Source of the DNA: a virus
Lineage: Duplodnaviria; Heunggongvirae; Uroviricota; Caudoviricetes
Length of the DNA: 44,824 nucleotides
Strand: one strand, 5' to 3'
Virus record (IMG/VR): IMGVR_UViG_647533158_000002
Under the pieces are notes generated by a model. It made no database searches. It was not told the origin of the DNA and worked only from the letters and a program-made list of their open reading frames with translations. The stretch's first letter is position 1, and the number at the start of each line of letters is the position of its first letter. Shown here piece after piece: positions 8,449 through 18,542 of the stretch. The position numbers and the translations under genes are program-made.

Positions 8449-9378
8449 ATGGCAAACACTGCTGAGATATTCAATTTTCCAGTGCCGGATGCGGCACAAA
8501 AGGAGCCGCGCGTGGCAGATCTCGATGATGGTTATACGCGCATTGCAAATGAGTTGCTGGAAGCTGTGATGCTGGCCGGATTAACACAGCACCAGCTTCT
8601 GGTCTTTCTGGCTGTCATGCGCAAAACATATGGCTTTAATAAAAAACTGGATTGGGTTAGCAACGAGCAACTTTCCGAATTAACCGGGATATTGCCGCAC
8701 AAGTGTTCTGCTGCAAAAAGTGTTCTGGTAAAGCGTGGGATTTTTATTCAGAGCGGGCGGAATACCGGCATTAATAATGTGGTCAGTGAATGGTCAACAT
8801 TACCCGAATCAGGTAAGAAAAATAAAGTTTACCTGAAAGAGGTAAATTTACCTGAATCAGGTAAAAAAAGTTTACCCAAATCAGGTAAAGGCGTTTACCC
8901 GAATCAGGTAAACACAAAAGACAAACTAACAAAAGACAATATAAAACCTTTTTCGTCCGAGAATTCTGGCGAATCCTCTGACCAACCAGAAAACGATCTT
9001 CCTGTGGTGAAACCGGATGCTGCAATTCAGAGCGGCAGCAAGTGGGGGACAGCAGAAGACCTGACCGCCGCAGAGTGGATGTTTGACATGGTGAAGACCA
9101 TCGCGCCATCAGCCAGAAAACCGAATTTTGCAGGGTGGGCTAACGATATCCGCCTGATGCGTGAACGTGACGGACGTAACCACCGCGACATGTGCGTGCT
9201 GTTCCGCTGGGCATGCCAGGACAACTTCTGGTCCGGTAACGTGCTAAGTCCGGCCAAACTCCGCGACAAGTGGACCCAACTCGAAATCAACCGTAACAAG
9301 CAACAGGCAGGCGTGACAGCTAGCAAACCAAAACTCGACCTGACAAACACAGACTGGATTTACGGGGTGGATCTATGA
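8449..9378 (+). CDS. O: replication initiator protein O (lambda O-like)
   Basis: N-terminal ...ADLDDGY.RI.N.LLEA...KTYG.NK... matches lambda O; contains the ori iterons in-frame; GGAGG RBS before ATG 8449; 4-nt overlap with P. Confidence 0.85.
   Translation: MANTAEIFNFPVPDAAQKEPRVADLDDGYTRIANELLEAVMLAGLTQHQLLVFLAVMRKTYGFNKKLDWVSNEQLSELTGILPHKCSAAKSVLVKRGIFIQSGRNTGINNVVSEWSTLPESGKKNKVYLKEVNLPESGKKSLPKSGKGVYPNQVNTKDKLTKDNIKPFSSENSGESSDQPENDLPVVKPDAAIQSGSKWGTAEDLTAAEWMFDMVKTIAPSARKPNFAGWANDIRLMRERDGRNHRDMCVLFRWACQDNFWSGNVLSPAKLRDKWTQLEINRNKQQAGVTASKPKLDLTNTDWIYGVDL
8800..8950. repeat. replication origin: about five iterons (TTTACCYGAATCAGGTAA-like) followed by an AT-rich stretch
   Basis: Direct repeats at 8800-8816, 8828-8845, 8848-8865, 8871-8888, 8894-8911 with about 23 bp period, then A-rich region 8912-8950; lies inside O as ori-lambda does. 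Confidence 0.75.
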
Positions 9379-10076
9379 AAAACATCGCCGCACAGATGAT
9401 TAACTTTGACCGTGAGCAGATGCGTCGGATCGCCAACAACATGCCGGAACAGTACGACGAAAAGCCGCAGGTACAGCAGGTAGCGCAGATAATCAACGGT
9501 GTATTCAGCCAGTTACTGGCAACTTTCCCGGCGAGCCTGGCTAATCGTGACCAGAACGAACTGAACGAAATCCGCCGCCAGTGGGTTCTGGCTTTCCGGG
9601 AAAACGGGATCACCACGATGGAACAGGTGAGCGCCGGAATGCGTGTTGCCCGTCGGCAGAATAGACCATTTCTGCCATCACCCGGGCAGTTTGTTGCATG
9701 GTGCCGGGAAGAAGCATCCGTTACCGCCGGGCTGCCAAACGTCAGCGAGCTGGTTGATATGGTTTACGAGTATTGCCGGAAGCGTGGTCTGTATCCGGAT
9801 GCAGAGTCTTATCCGTGGAAATCAAACGCGCACTACTGGCTGGTTACCAACCTGTATCAGAACATGCGGGCCAATGCGTTGACTGACGCGGAATTACGGC
9901 GCAAGGCTGCCGATGAACTGTCCTGTATGACCGCGCGAATTAACCGTGGTGAGGCGATACCTGAACCAGTAAAACAACTTCCTGTCATGGGCGGTAGACC
10001 TCTAAATCGTGCACAGGCTCTGGCGAAGATCGCAGAAATCAAAGCTAAGTTCGGACTGAAAGGAGCAAGTGTATGA
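9375..10076 (+). CDS. P: replication protein P (DnaB helicase loader)
   Basis: 233 aa; MKNIAAQMINFDREQMRRIANNMPEQYDEKPQVQQVAQIINGVFSQLL... recognised as lambda P. Confidence 0.95.
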   Translation: MKNIAAQMINFDREQMRRIANNMPEQYDEKPQVQQVAQIINGVFSQLLATFPASLANRDQNELNEIRRQWVLAFRENGITTMEQVSAGMRVARRQNRPFLPSPGQFVAWCREEASVTAGLPNVSELVDMVYEYCRKRGLYPDAESYPWKSNAHYWLVTNLYQNMRANALTDAELRRKAADELSCMTARINRGEAIPEPVKQLPVMGGRPLNRAQALAKIAEIKAKFGLKGASV

Positions 10077-10375
10077 CGGGTAAAGAGGCAATTATTCATT
10101 ACCTGGGGACGCATAAGAGCTTCTGTGCACAGGACGTTGCCGCGGTAACAGGCGCAACCGTAACCAGCATAAATCAGGCTGCGGCTAAAATGGCGCGGGC
10201 AGGAATCCTGGTCGTTGATGGTAAGGTCTGGCGAACGGTGTATTACCGGTTCGCTACCAGAGAAGAACGGGAAGGAAAGGTGAGCACGAATCTGATTTTT
10301 AAGGAGTGTCGCCAGAGTGCCGCGATGAAACGGGTACTGAGGGTATATAAAAGAACATCAATGGGAACACAATGA
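10073..10375 (+). CDS. ren: Ren protein
   Basis: 100 aa; MTGKEAIIHYLGTHKSFCAQDVAAVTGATVTSINQAAAKMARAG... recognised as lambda Ren. Confidence 0.85.
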   Translation: MTGKEAIIHYLGTHKSFCAQDVAAVTGATVTSINQAAAKMARAGILVVDGKVWRTVYYRFATREEREGKVSTNLIFKECRQSAAMKRVLRVYKRTSMGTQ

Positions 10376-10442
10376 TGAAACAGGTGAGTTGAGTTCAAAC
10401 TGTAGTACAATTCTCTCCAGTTTGAACAGGAAAGAATATGCT

Positions 10443-10775
10443 ATGAACCCTTATATTTATCTTGGTGGTGCAATACTTGCAGAGGTCATTGGTACAACCT
10501 TAATGAAGTTTTCAGAAGGTTTTACACGGTTATGGCCATCTGTTGGTACAATTATTTGTTATTGTGCATCATTCTGGTTATTAGCTCAGACGCTGGCTTA
10601 TATTCCTACAGGGATTGCTTATGCTATCTGGTCAGGAGTCGGTATTGTCCTGATTAGCTTACTGTCATGGGGATTTTTCGGCCAACGGCTGGACCTGCCA
10701 GCCATTATAGGCATGATGTTGATTTGTGCCGGTGTGTTGGTTATTAATTTATTGTCACGAAGCACACCACATTAA
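10443..10775 (+). CDS. emrE: small multidrug resistance efflux transporter EmrE
   Basis: 110 aa from ATG 10443; MNPYIYLGGAILAEVIGTTLMKFSEGFTRLWPSVGTIICYCASFWLLAQ... recognised as EmrE; four hydrophobic helices. Confidence 0.9.
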   Translation: MNPYIYLGGAILAEVIGTTLMKFSEGFTRLWPSVGTIICYCASFWLLAQTLAYIPTGIAYAIWSGVGIVLISLLSWGFFGQRLDLPAIIGMMLICAGVLVINLLSRSTPH

Positions 10776-10804
10776 AATAATTTGTTTCTAAACGACTAAA
10801 ATAT

Positions 10805-10837
10805 GGAGGCTCTTATATTTATATGAGCCTCGTTTTA
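10805..10837 (+). terminator. rho-independent terminator after emrE
   Basis: GGAGGCTC...GAGCCTC inverted repeat followed by GTTTTAT. Confidence 0.5.
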
Positions 10838-11029
10838 TGCTTTTTGTTAATGTCTTTATTTTTTATGTATTCTTTTGTGCTTTCAAGATTATGGCGTAAG
10901 AAAATTGCAATACGATTATTGTTGTATATTCAAGATAATGTGACCTTAATTGTCTTTTTAAATAAAAATTAAACAAAAATTATATCCCACCACTAAGGTT
11001 TATAAAAGCATACGTTAGCAGGTGTCACC

Positions 11030-12556
11030 ATGAAAAAAGCCATAGCATATATGCGATTTTCATCACCAGGTCAGATGTCTGGCGACTCATTAAACCGACA
11101 GAGAAGACTTATTGCTGAATGGTTAAAGGTAAATAGTGATTATTATCTTGATACCATAACATATGAAGATTTAGGATTAAGTGCATTCAAAGGAAAGCAT
11201 GCACAATCAGGAGCTTTTTCGGAATTTTTAGATGCTATAGAGCATGGTTATATATTGCCAGGAACTACATTGTTAGTTGAAAGTCTGGACAGACTTTCAA
11301 GAGAAAAAGTCGGTGAAGCGATTGAACGTCTGAAATTGATTTTGAATCACGGTATTGATGTTATAACTCTTTGCGACAATACAGTCTATAATATTGACTC
11401 TTTGAATGAGCCATATTCATTAATAAAAGCCATACTTATAGCACAAAGGGCAAATGAAGAAAGCGAGATAAAGTCAAGTCGGGTTAAATTATCATGGAAG
11501 AAAAAACGGCAGGATGCACTGGAATCAGGTACGATTATGACGGCGTCTTGTCCGAGATGGCTCTCCTTAGATGACAAAAGAACGGCTTTTGTTCCAGACC
11601 CCGACAGGGTGAAAACTATTGAGCTAATTTTTAAACTCAGGATGGAAAGGCGCTCATTGAATGCAATAGCCAAGTATTTAAATGATCATGCTGTAAAGAA
11701 TTTCTCAGGAAAAGAAAGTGCATGGGGACCTTCTGTAATTGAAAAATTATTAGCGAATAAAGCTCTGATAGGTATATGCGTACCTTCATATCGTGCAAGA
11801 GGGAAAGGGATAAGTGAAATCGCTGGCTATTATCCCAGAGTCATATCAGATGATTTGTTTTACGCTGTACAGGAAATTCGGTTGGCACCTTTTGGTATTA
11901 GCAATAGTAGCAAGAATCCTATGCTAATAAATCTACTTCGAACAGTTATGAAGTGTGAGGCTTGTGGTAATACCATGATTGTTCATGCGGTATCTGGAAG
12001 TTTGCATGGCTATTATGTTTGTCCGATGAGAAGATTACATCGATGTGACAGGCCATCAATAAAAAGAGATTTGGTTGATTATAATATCATTAATGAATTG
12101 CTTTTTAATTGTAGCAAAATTCAACCAGTTGAAAACAAGAAAGATGCTAATGAAACTTTAGAGTTAAAAATTATTGAGCTTCAGATGAAAATTAATAATT
12201 TAATCGTTGCATTGTCTGTCGCGCCTGAAGTTACCGCTATAGCAGAGAAAATAAGACTATTAGATAAGGAATTACGAAGGGCTTCGGTATCATTGAAAAC
12301 TTTGAAGAGTAAAGGTGTAAATTCATTCAGTGATTTTTATGCTATTGACTTAACCAGTAAAAATGGACGAGAGTTATGCCGTACACTTGCCTATAAAACA
12401 TTCGAAAAAATCATAATTAATACGGATAATAAAACCTGTGATATCTATTTTATGAATGGCATTGTTTTTAAACACTATCCTTTAATGAAAGTAATATCCG
12501 CCCAGCAGGCGATAAGTGCTCTCAAATATATGGTTGATGGTGAGATTTATTTCTAA
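11030..12556 (+). CDS. ybcK: large serine recombinase (DLP12 YbcK-like)
   Basis: 508 aa; N-terminal resolvase-type domain (AIAYMRFSSPGQ... with active-site Ser region), C-terminal Cys cluster (CEACGN...C...C); AT-rich. Confidence 0.85.
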   Translation: MKKAIAYMRFSSPGQMSGDSLNRQRRLIAEWLKVNSDYYLDTITYEDLGLSAFKGKHAQSGAFSEFLDAIEHGYILPGTTLLVESLDRLSREKVGEAIERLKLILNHGIDVITLCDNTVYNIDSLNEPYSLIKAILIAQRANEESEIKSSRVKLSWKKKRQDALESGTIMTASCPRWLSLDDKRTAFVPDPDRVKTIELIFKLRMERRSLNAIAKYLNDHAVKNFSGKESAWGPSVIEKLLANKALIGICVPSYRARGKGISEIAGYYPRVISDDLFYAVQEIRLAPFGISNSSKNPMLINLLRTVMKCEACGNTMIVHAVSGSLHGYYVCPMRRLHRCDRPSIKRDLVDYNIINELLFNCSKIQPVENKKDANETLELKIIELQMKINNLIVALSVAPEVTAIAEKIRLLDKELRRASVSLKTLKSKGVNSFSDFYAIDLTSKNGRELCRTLAYKTFEKIIINTDNKTCDIYFMNGIVFKHYPLMKVISAQQAISALKYMVDGEIYF

Positions 12557-13020
12557 ATAATGATCTCGGATTTTAAGTTATGCTATGGTGATAAAGTGCA
12601 AGACAGAATTAATTATCTTTGACGAAACTTAATGGGTAATTACTTTGTTTGCTCCCACAAGCGAGTTTTGTACGGCTGTATTGGGGTAGTAAATGAGCTA
12701 TACAATCTTAATCATTTGTTAGGTGAGAACTCTTGGTCGCAGATTCAAATACTGAAAATACGTGACAAATTATTATGAGCAAAATGGTGTATGTCACGTA
12801 TTTTGAATGGTAGGTTAAAAAATAACACCGACTTTCGTAGGTATTACTAATAATAAAGCAGAGTTTTTAGATAGTATCAATGTGCTTTGTGTATATTGTG
12901 GCAAATAATTGGGTTGGGGGTACAATTGTGATTGCTTTTGCATGAACATTGCGCCTTTATGCATAATGAGATAAAGGAATATCAAATAAAATAACGATAG
13001 GTCATAACAAAGAGGTTTTT

Positions 13021-13572
13021 ATGAAAACACTTATCGTTTCAACTGTATTGGCATTCATAACATTTTCTGCGCAGGCTGCAGCATTTCAGGTCACTAGTAA
13101 TGAAATAAAAACAGGAGAGCAACTTACAACGTCTCATGTCTTTTCTGGATTTGGGTGTGAAGGTGGTAATACATCGCCCTCATTAACCTGGTCTGGTGTT
13201 CCTGAAGGTACCAAAAGCTTTGCCGTAACTGTATATGATCCAGATGCACCTACAGGCAGTGGTTGGTGGCATTGGACTGTTGTTAATATTCCAGCAACAG
13301 TAACATATTTGCCCGTTGATGCAGGGAGACGTGATGGAACAAAACTGCCGACTGGTGCTGTTCAAGGCCGAAATGATTTTGGCTATGCTGGGTTTGGTGG
13401 CGCATGTCCTCCTAAAGGAGATAAACCACATCATTACCAGTTTAAAGTATGGGCTCTAAAAACTGAAAAGATTCCTGTAGATTCTAACTCCAGCGGAGCG
13501 TTAGTTGGTTATATGCTTAATGCTAATAAAATCGCAACCGCTGAGATAACACCAGTTTATGAGATAAAGTAG
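13021..13572 (+). CDS. ybcL: PEBP/YbhB-family periplasmic protein (YbcL-like)
   Basis: 183 aa with signal peptide (MKTLIVSTVLAFITFSAQAAAF); PEBP-like motifs DPDAP and HHY. Confidence 0.85.
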   Translation: MKTLIVSTVLAFITFSAQAAAFQVTSNEIKTGEQLTTSHVFSGFGCEGGNTSPSLTWSGVPEGTKSFAVTVYDPDAPTGSGWWHWTVVNIPATVTYLPVDAGRRDGTKLPTGAVQGRNDFGYAGFGGACPPKGDKPHHYQFKVWALKTEKIPVDSNSSGALVGYMLNANKIATAEITPVYEIK

Positions 13573-13581
13573 GGTGAGAGT

Positions 13582-14379
13582 ATGCTGGCAAGAGGTAAGA
13601 CTAACTTAAAGATCGAAGAAATACGGATGCATAAACATCATGAGATTCATAGGGTTAAGCCTCTTATGCCAGCTTTGTGTCGTATCCGTCAGGGAAAGAA
13701 AGTTATCAATTGGGAGACGCATACTTTAACTGTTGATAATAATCAAATAATATTATTTCCTTGTGGTTATGAATTTTATATTGAGAATTATCCTGAAGCA
13801 GGGCTTTATCTTGCAGAAATGCTTTACTTACCCATTGATTTAATTGAGAGTTTCCAAAAACTTTATACGGTAACTGATCAAATACGTAACAAAACAAGTT
13901 TATTTTTACCTCAGAATCCTGAGTTAATATATTGTTGGGAGCAACTAAAAACATCTGTTTCCCGAGGCTTCTCAACTAAAATTCAGGAGCACTTAGCAAT
14001 GGGCGTTCTACTTTCGTTAGGAGTGAATCATGTTAATCATTTACTTTTATCATATAGTAAACAATCATTGATAAGTCGTTGTTATAACCTGCTGCTATCC
14101 GAACCCGGCACAAAATGGACAGCAAACAAGGTTGCTCGATATCTCTACATTTCTGTTTCTACATTACATCGCCGTCTAGCAAGCGAGGGGGTAAGTTTCC
14201 AAAGTATACTGGACGATGTGAGGTTAAATAATGCGTTGTCTGCTATACAAACGACGGTAAAACCTATAAGCGAGATTGCCAGAGAAAATGGTTATAAGTG
14301 TCCTTCTCGTTTTACTGAAAGATTTCATAATCGTTTTAATATAACACCAAGAGAGATAAGAAAAGCTTCCAGAGAGTAA
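13582..14379 (+). CDS. ybcM: AraC-family transcriptional regulator (YbcM-like)
   Basis: 265 aa; C-terminal AraC-type HTH region; start codon choice (13582 vs 13627) uncertain. Confidence 0.75.
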   Translation: MLARGKTNLKIEEIRMHKHHEIHRVKPLMPALCRIRQGKKVINWETHTLTVDNNQIILFPCGYEFYIENYPEAGLYLAEMLYLPIDLIESFQKLYTVTDQIRNKTSLFLPQNPELIYCWEQLKTSVSRGFSTKIQEHLAMGVLLSLGVNHVNHLLLSYSKQSLISRCYNLLLSEPGTKWTANKVARYLYISVSTLHRRLASEGVSFQSILDDVRLNNALSAIQTTVKPISEIARENGYKCPSRFTERFHNRFNITPREIRKASRE

Positions 14380-14593
14380 AAGTGTTTTAAGAAGGAGCAA
14401 TTCTATCGATTTTGATTTTGGGAAATCAACACGGCATAATTATGTCACCGGAGCCTGAACAACTCCGGTGACTTCTGCGCTAAACGGGGACGTTTATGCG
14501 CACATACAATCCAAACTCTCTTCTCCCTTCACAGATGCAGAAATGCACCTGCAATTCTTTGCATCTAGCGTTTGACCTCTGCGGAGGTGAAGC

Positions 14594-15049
14594 GTGAACC
14601 TCTCACAAGACGGCATCAAATTACATCGCGGCAACTTCACCGCTATCGGTCGGCAGATCCAGCCTTATCTGGAGGAGGGCAAATGCTTTCGCATGGTGCT
14701 TAAACCGTGGCGTGAGAAACGCAGTCTTTCCCAGAATGCACTCAGCCACATGTGGTACAGCGAAATCAGTGAATACCTCATCAGCAGGGGTAAAACGTTC
14801 GCCACTCCAGCTTGGGTAAAAGATGCTCTCAAACACACATATCTCGGTTATGAAACCAAAGACCTGGTTGATGTCGTAACCGGTGATATCACCACTATCC
14901 AGTCGTTACGCCATACCTCCGATCTTGATACCGGAGAGATGTATGTCTTCCTGTGTAAGGTTGAAGCCTGGGCGGTGAATATTGGCTGCCACCTGACTAT
15001 TCCGCAGAGCTGCGAGTTCCAGCTGCTCCGCGACAAGCAGGAGGCGTAA
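14594..15049 (+). CDS. ybcN: nin-region protein YbcN-like
   Basis: 151 aa ORF from GTG 14594 with GGAGG RBS 5 nt upstream; recognised from memory as DLP12 YbcN. Confidence 0.75.
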
Positions 15050-15219
15050 TGGCTACACCGCTTATTCGTGTCATGAACGGACACATCTACAGAGTATCAA
15101 ATCGTCGTAAGCGTAAGCCTGAGCTGAAGCCATCCGAAATACCAACACTGCTCGGATATACCGCTAGCCTGGTTGATAAAAAATGGTTGCGACTGGCAGC
15201 AAGGAGGAATCATGGCTGA
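15049..15219 (+). CDS. ninE: NinE-like small basic protein
   Basis: 56 aa [32 protein letters not shown]...; ATG overlaps ybcN stop (TAATG); below the ORF-track size cutoff, called by hand. Confidence 0.6.
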   Translation: MATPLIRVMNGHIYRVSNRRKRKPELKPSEIPTLLGYTASLVDKKWLRLAARRNHG

Positions 15220-15502
15220 TTTGAGAAAAGCAGCGCGTGGTCGGGAATGCCAGGTAAGAATCCCTGGCGTATGTAATGGCAATTCTGAAACGTCTGTACT
15301 GGCACATATCCGGCTGGCTGGATTGTGCGGTACCGGTATCAAACCGCCAGACCTGATTGCCACCATTGCATGTTCTGCCTGCCACGACGAAATCGACCGC
15401 CGCACACATTTTGTCGATGCTGCATATGCAAAAGAATGCGCGCTGGAAGGTATGGCGAGAACACAGGTTATCTGGCTGAAAGAGGGGGTTATTAAGGCGT
15501 GA
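15212..15502 (+). CDS. ybcO: nin-region protein YbcO-like (putative nuclease)
   Basis: 96 aa from ATG 15212 preceded by AGGAGG; Cys/His-rich (CQVRIPGVC...CSACHDE). Confidence 0.75.
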   Translation: MADLRKAARGRECQVRIPGVCNGNSETSVLAHIRLAGLCGTGIKPPDLIATIACSACHDEIDRRTHFVDAAYAKECALEGMARTQVIWLKEGVIKA

Positions 15503-15861
15503 ATACCTACAGTATCACATTACCCTGGCCTCCGAGCAATAATCGCTATTACCGCCATAATCGCGGGCGCACGCACGTCAGTGCAGAGGGGCAGGCATAC
15601 CGCGATAACGTCGCCCGAATCATTAAAAACGCAATGCTGGATATCGGCCTGGCTATGCCTGTGAAAATCCGCATTGAGTGCCACATGCCGGATCGCCGTC
15701 GCCGTGACCTGGATAATCTGCAAAAAGCCGCTTTTGACGCACTCACCAAAGCAGGTTTCTGGCTGGATGATGCTCAGGTCGTTGATTACCGCGTTGTGAA
15801 GATGCCTGTTACCAAAGGTGGGAGGCTGGAACTGACCATCACCGAAATGGGGAATGAATGA
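15499..15861 (+). CDS. rusA: Holliday junction resolvase RusA
   Basis: 120 aa; [38 protein letters not shown]... recognised as RusA. Confidence 0.95.
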   Translation: MNTYSITLPWPPSNNRYYRHNRGRTHVSAEGQAYRDNVARIIKNAMLDIGLAMPVKIRIECHMPDRRRRDLDNLQKAAFDALTKAGFWLDDAQVVDYRVVKMPVTKGGRLELTITEMGNE

Positions 15862-15998
15862 TGTTTGAGTTTTATATGGCAGAACTTCTTCGCCACCGCT
15901 GGGGGCATCTGCGCTTATATCGTTTCCCCGGTTCTGTTTTGACCGATTACCGAATACTGAAGAATTACGCCAAAACCCTGACAGGAGCAGGAGTATGA
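15858..15998 (+). CDS. ylcG: small nin-region protein YlcG-like
   Basis: 46 aa [26 protein letters not shown]... overlapping rusA stop; too short for ORF track, called by hand. Confidence 0.45.
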   Translation: MMFEFYMAELLRHRWGHLRLYRFPGSVLTDYRILKNYAKTLTGAGV

Positions 15999-16083
15999 AG
16001 TCAGAGATAACAATCAACTAATACTGTTTTGTTGATTTTTGCTTGTAATTGGCGTTCTGGTCTGATTTTTGTGGAGTAAGTTG

Positions 16084-16467
16084 ATGCGTGATATTCAGAT
16101 GGTTCTTGAGCGTTGGGGAGCGTGGGCGGCTAATAATCATGAAGATGTGACCTGGTCGTCCATTGCCGCCGGTTTTAAGGGATTAATTACTTCAAAAGTA
16201 AAATCTCGCCCGCAATGTTGTGACGATGACGCGATGATTATTTGCGGGTGCATGGCCCGTCTGAAAAAGAACAACAGCGATTTGCACGATTTATTAGTAG
16301 ATTATTATGTAGTCGGTATGACATTCATGTCACTAGCAGGTAAGCATTGCTGCTCTGATGGTTATATCGGGAAAAGGTTACAGAAGGCTGAGGGCATAAT
16401 TGAAGGGATGTTAATGGCATTAGATATCCGGTTAGAGATGGATATCGTTGTTAATAACTCTAATTAA
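16084..16467 (+). CDS. quuD: late-gene antiterminator Q (QuuD / phage 82-21-type)
   Basis: ATG 16084 ([17 protein letters not shown]...) preceded by GGAGTAAG; Cys-rich region; position upstream of lysis cassette. Confidence 0.85.
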   Translation: MRDIQMVLERWGAWAANNHEDVTWSSIAAGFKGLITSKVKSRPQCCDDDAMIICGCMARLKKNNSDLHDLLVDYYVVGMTFMSLAGKHCCSDGYIGKRLQKAEGIIEGMLMALDIRLEMDIVVNNSN

Positions 16468-16477
16468 TATGCCAATT

Positions 16478-16518
16478 GTTTACTAAAAATTATTAAAAAT
16501 GGGGCGTTGCAACGCCCC
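16478..16518 (-). terminator. terminator hairpin downstream of nmpC (palindromic, possibly bidirectional)
   Basis: Perfect palindrome GGGGCGTTGCAACGCCCC at 16501-16518; T-run follows on the minus strand. Confidence 0.5.
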
Positions 16519-16655
16519 CAAAAATAAAGGGTAATATATAACAGAAGGTTTATATAGTTAGAAGCAAGGTTGTGCTCCTAAAGGAAGTGGCTTGAGGGAG
16601 CCACTTATATGTTGGGGAGGCAAAGCCTCCCGCAACATATCTTTTAGTAATCAAA

Positions 16656-17738
16656 TTAGAACTGGTAAACCATACCTACAGCAACGATATCATCGGTAGC
16701 AACGCCAGATGCTTTCGTGAAATCGCTCTTATCAATCAGGTTGATTTTGTAATCAACAAAAGTGGACATATTTTTGTTGAAGTAATAGGTTGCACCTACA
16801 TCAATATATTCAACCAGGTCCTGATCACCCCACGCACCCAAGTCTTTTCCTTTAGATTGCAGGTAAGCAACGGACGGACGCAGACCGAAGTCGAACTGAT
16901 ATTGTGCAACTACTTCGAAGTTTTGTGCTTTGTTGGCAATATGGTTATTACCAAAAACAGTCATGTTCTGGGTTTCAGAATAGGTGGTAGCCAGATAGAT
17001 GTTGTTCGCATCATATTTCAGACCAGCTGCCCATACTTCAGCATTTTGACCAGATGCATTCAGGCTGTTGTTACCGTAGATAACCTGATTATTAGTGCGG
17101 TCAGATTTAGCATAGGTTGCACCTACACCGAATCCTTCATACTCATAAGTAGTGGAGAAACCGAAACCATCACCATTAGCTTCAGTTACGTCAGTGCGGT
17201 CATTTTTACCCTGATACTGAGCAGCAAAGTTCAGACCATCAACCAGACCAAAGAAGTCGTTGTTACGATAAGTTGCAACACCAGTGGTGCGACCAGTCAT
17301 GAACACATCTGTTTGGGTCCAGGTATCGCCACCGAATTCTGGCAGAACGTCAGTCCACGCACCGATGTCATATGCTACACCGTAGTTACGGCCGTAATCG
17401 ATTGAGCCGTAGTCCCCGAATTTCAGGCCTGCAAATGCAAGACGGGTTTTGTCTTTGGAGGAGCCTTGAGATTCAGCGCGGTTGCCTTTGAATTCATATT
17501 CCCACTGACCGAAACCAGTCAGTTGATCGTTGATTTGGGTTTCACCTTTGAAGCCAAGACGGGCATAAGTAGTATCACCATCATCTGCATCATTAGAGGA
17601 GAAGTAGTGCTTGGCATTAACTTTCCCATATAGATCCAGCTTGTTACTGTCTTTATTATAAATTTCAGCTGCCTGAGCAGACATCGCCATCAGTACTGAT
17701 GCAGCTACAGCAGAAATTGCCACTGTTAATTTTTTCAT
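16656..17738 (-). CDS. nmpC: outer-membrane general porin NmpC (OmpC/OmpF family)
   Basis: Signal peptide [23 protein letters not shown], beta-barrel porin sequence ending in YQF; start set at ATG 17738 rather than upstream alternative start. Confidence 0.9.
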   Translation of the reverse strand: MKKLTVAISAVAASVLMAMSAQAAEIYNKDSNKLDLYGKVNAKHYFSSNDADDGDTTYARLGFKGETQINDQLTGFGQWEYEFKGNRAESQGSSKDKTRLAFAGLKFGDYGSIDYGRNYGVAYDIGAWTDVLPEFGGDTWTQTDVFMTGRTTGVATYRNNDFFGLVDGLNFAAQYQGKNDRTDVTEANGDGFGFSTTYEYEGFGVGATYAKSDRTNNQVIYGNNSLNASGQNAEVWAAGLKYDANNIYLATTYSETQNMTVFGNNHIANKAQNFEVVAQYQFDFGLRPSVAYLQSKGKDLGAWGDQDLVEYIDVGATYYFNKNMSTFVDYKINLIDKSDFTKASGVATDDIVAVGMVYQF

Positions 17739-18326
17739 CGTGAGCCCTTTTTTTGAACTATTATTAAAAAATGATGTCACTGCGCGATAAATATTCATCT
17801 AATCAATGTGATTATTTCAAGATGTAAGTTTTGGTTTCTCGTTTGATTTGTGAAGTAGATCTCTATTTTTATCTGAACTTTTTTCTATCGAATCCTATTC
17901 ATGGATCTTGGCTGAATAAAAATAAATCTATTAGCCAATTTATATTAACGGCTGTTATTTATAAGTGCTCTGTAATTTGAAGGTTCAATTTAAATCGGCT
18001 AAAAATAACACTGGAAATTATTTGTTGGTTATTTGTTGAGATTTGCTTATGTATTTGTAGTGGTGTTTTCAATACTCGGTAGCATTCTCGCAAATATCAT
18101 TTTGTGGTTTACGTACGTAAAAAATTGGTTATGCTGTTAAGAGTGGTTACTTCGTCACACAGCTTAAACCCGCCGTCGAGCGGGTTTTTCCATTTTTTGA
18201 GTCTCGATATTAGCTGATAACCCAATACCTGAGTTATTCACTGACTCCGAGTCTGTTACGTTTCTGCTTTTTTGCGATACGTTGTATTCCCTCAATTTAC
18301 ACCCGCTTTGTCTGCGAGGTGGGGTT

Positions 18327-18542
18327 ATGAAATCCATGGATAAGTTAACAACGGGTGTCGCCTATGGCACCTCAGCAGGTAGTGCCGGTTACTGGTTTTT
18401 ACAGCTGCTCGATAAAGTCACGCCCTCACAGTGGGCAGCAATAGGTGTGCTGGGTAGCCTGGTATTTGGCCTGCTGACGTACCTGACAAACCTTTATTTC
18501 AAGATTAAAGAAGATAAGCGCAAGGCTGCGAGAGGTGAATAA
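18327..18542 (+). CDS. essD: class II holin (phage 21 S21-type pinholin), dual-start MKSM
   Basis: 71 aa [29 protein letters not shown]...; two TM segments; GAGGTGGGG RBS; stop overlaps endolysin start (TAATG). Confidence 0.85.

Noticed and set aside
8800-8911. Regularly spaced direct repeats that could be mistaken for a small CRISPR array
   Set aside because: Repeats are 18-mers with about 5-bp spacers, lie in-frame inside the O gene and are followed by an AT-rich tract; this is the replication-origin iteron pattern, and no cas genes are present.
16614-16650. Second hairpin GGGAGGC-aaa-GCCTCCC near the nmpC stop as a separate terminator
   Set aside because: No adjacent T-run on either strand; the palindrome at 16501-16518 is the better terminator candidate.
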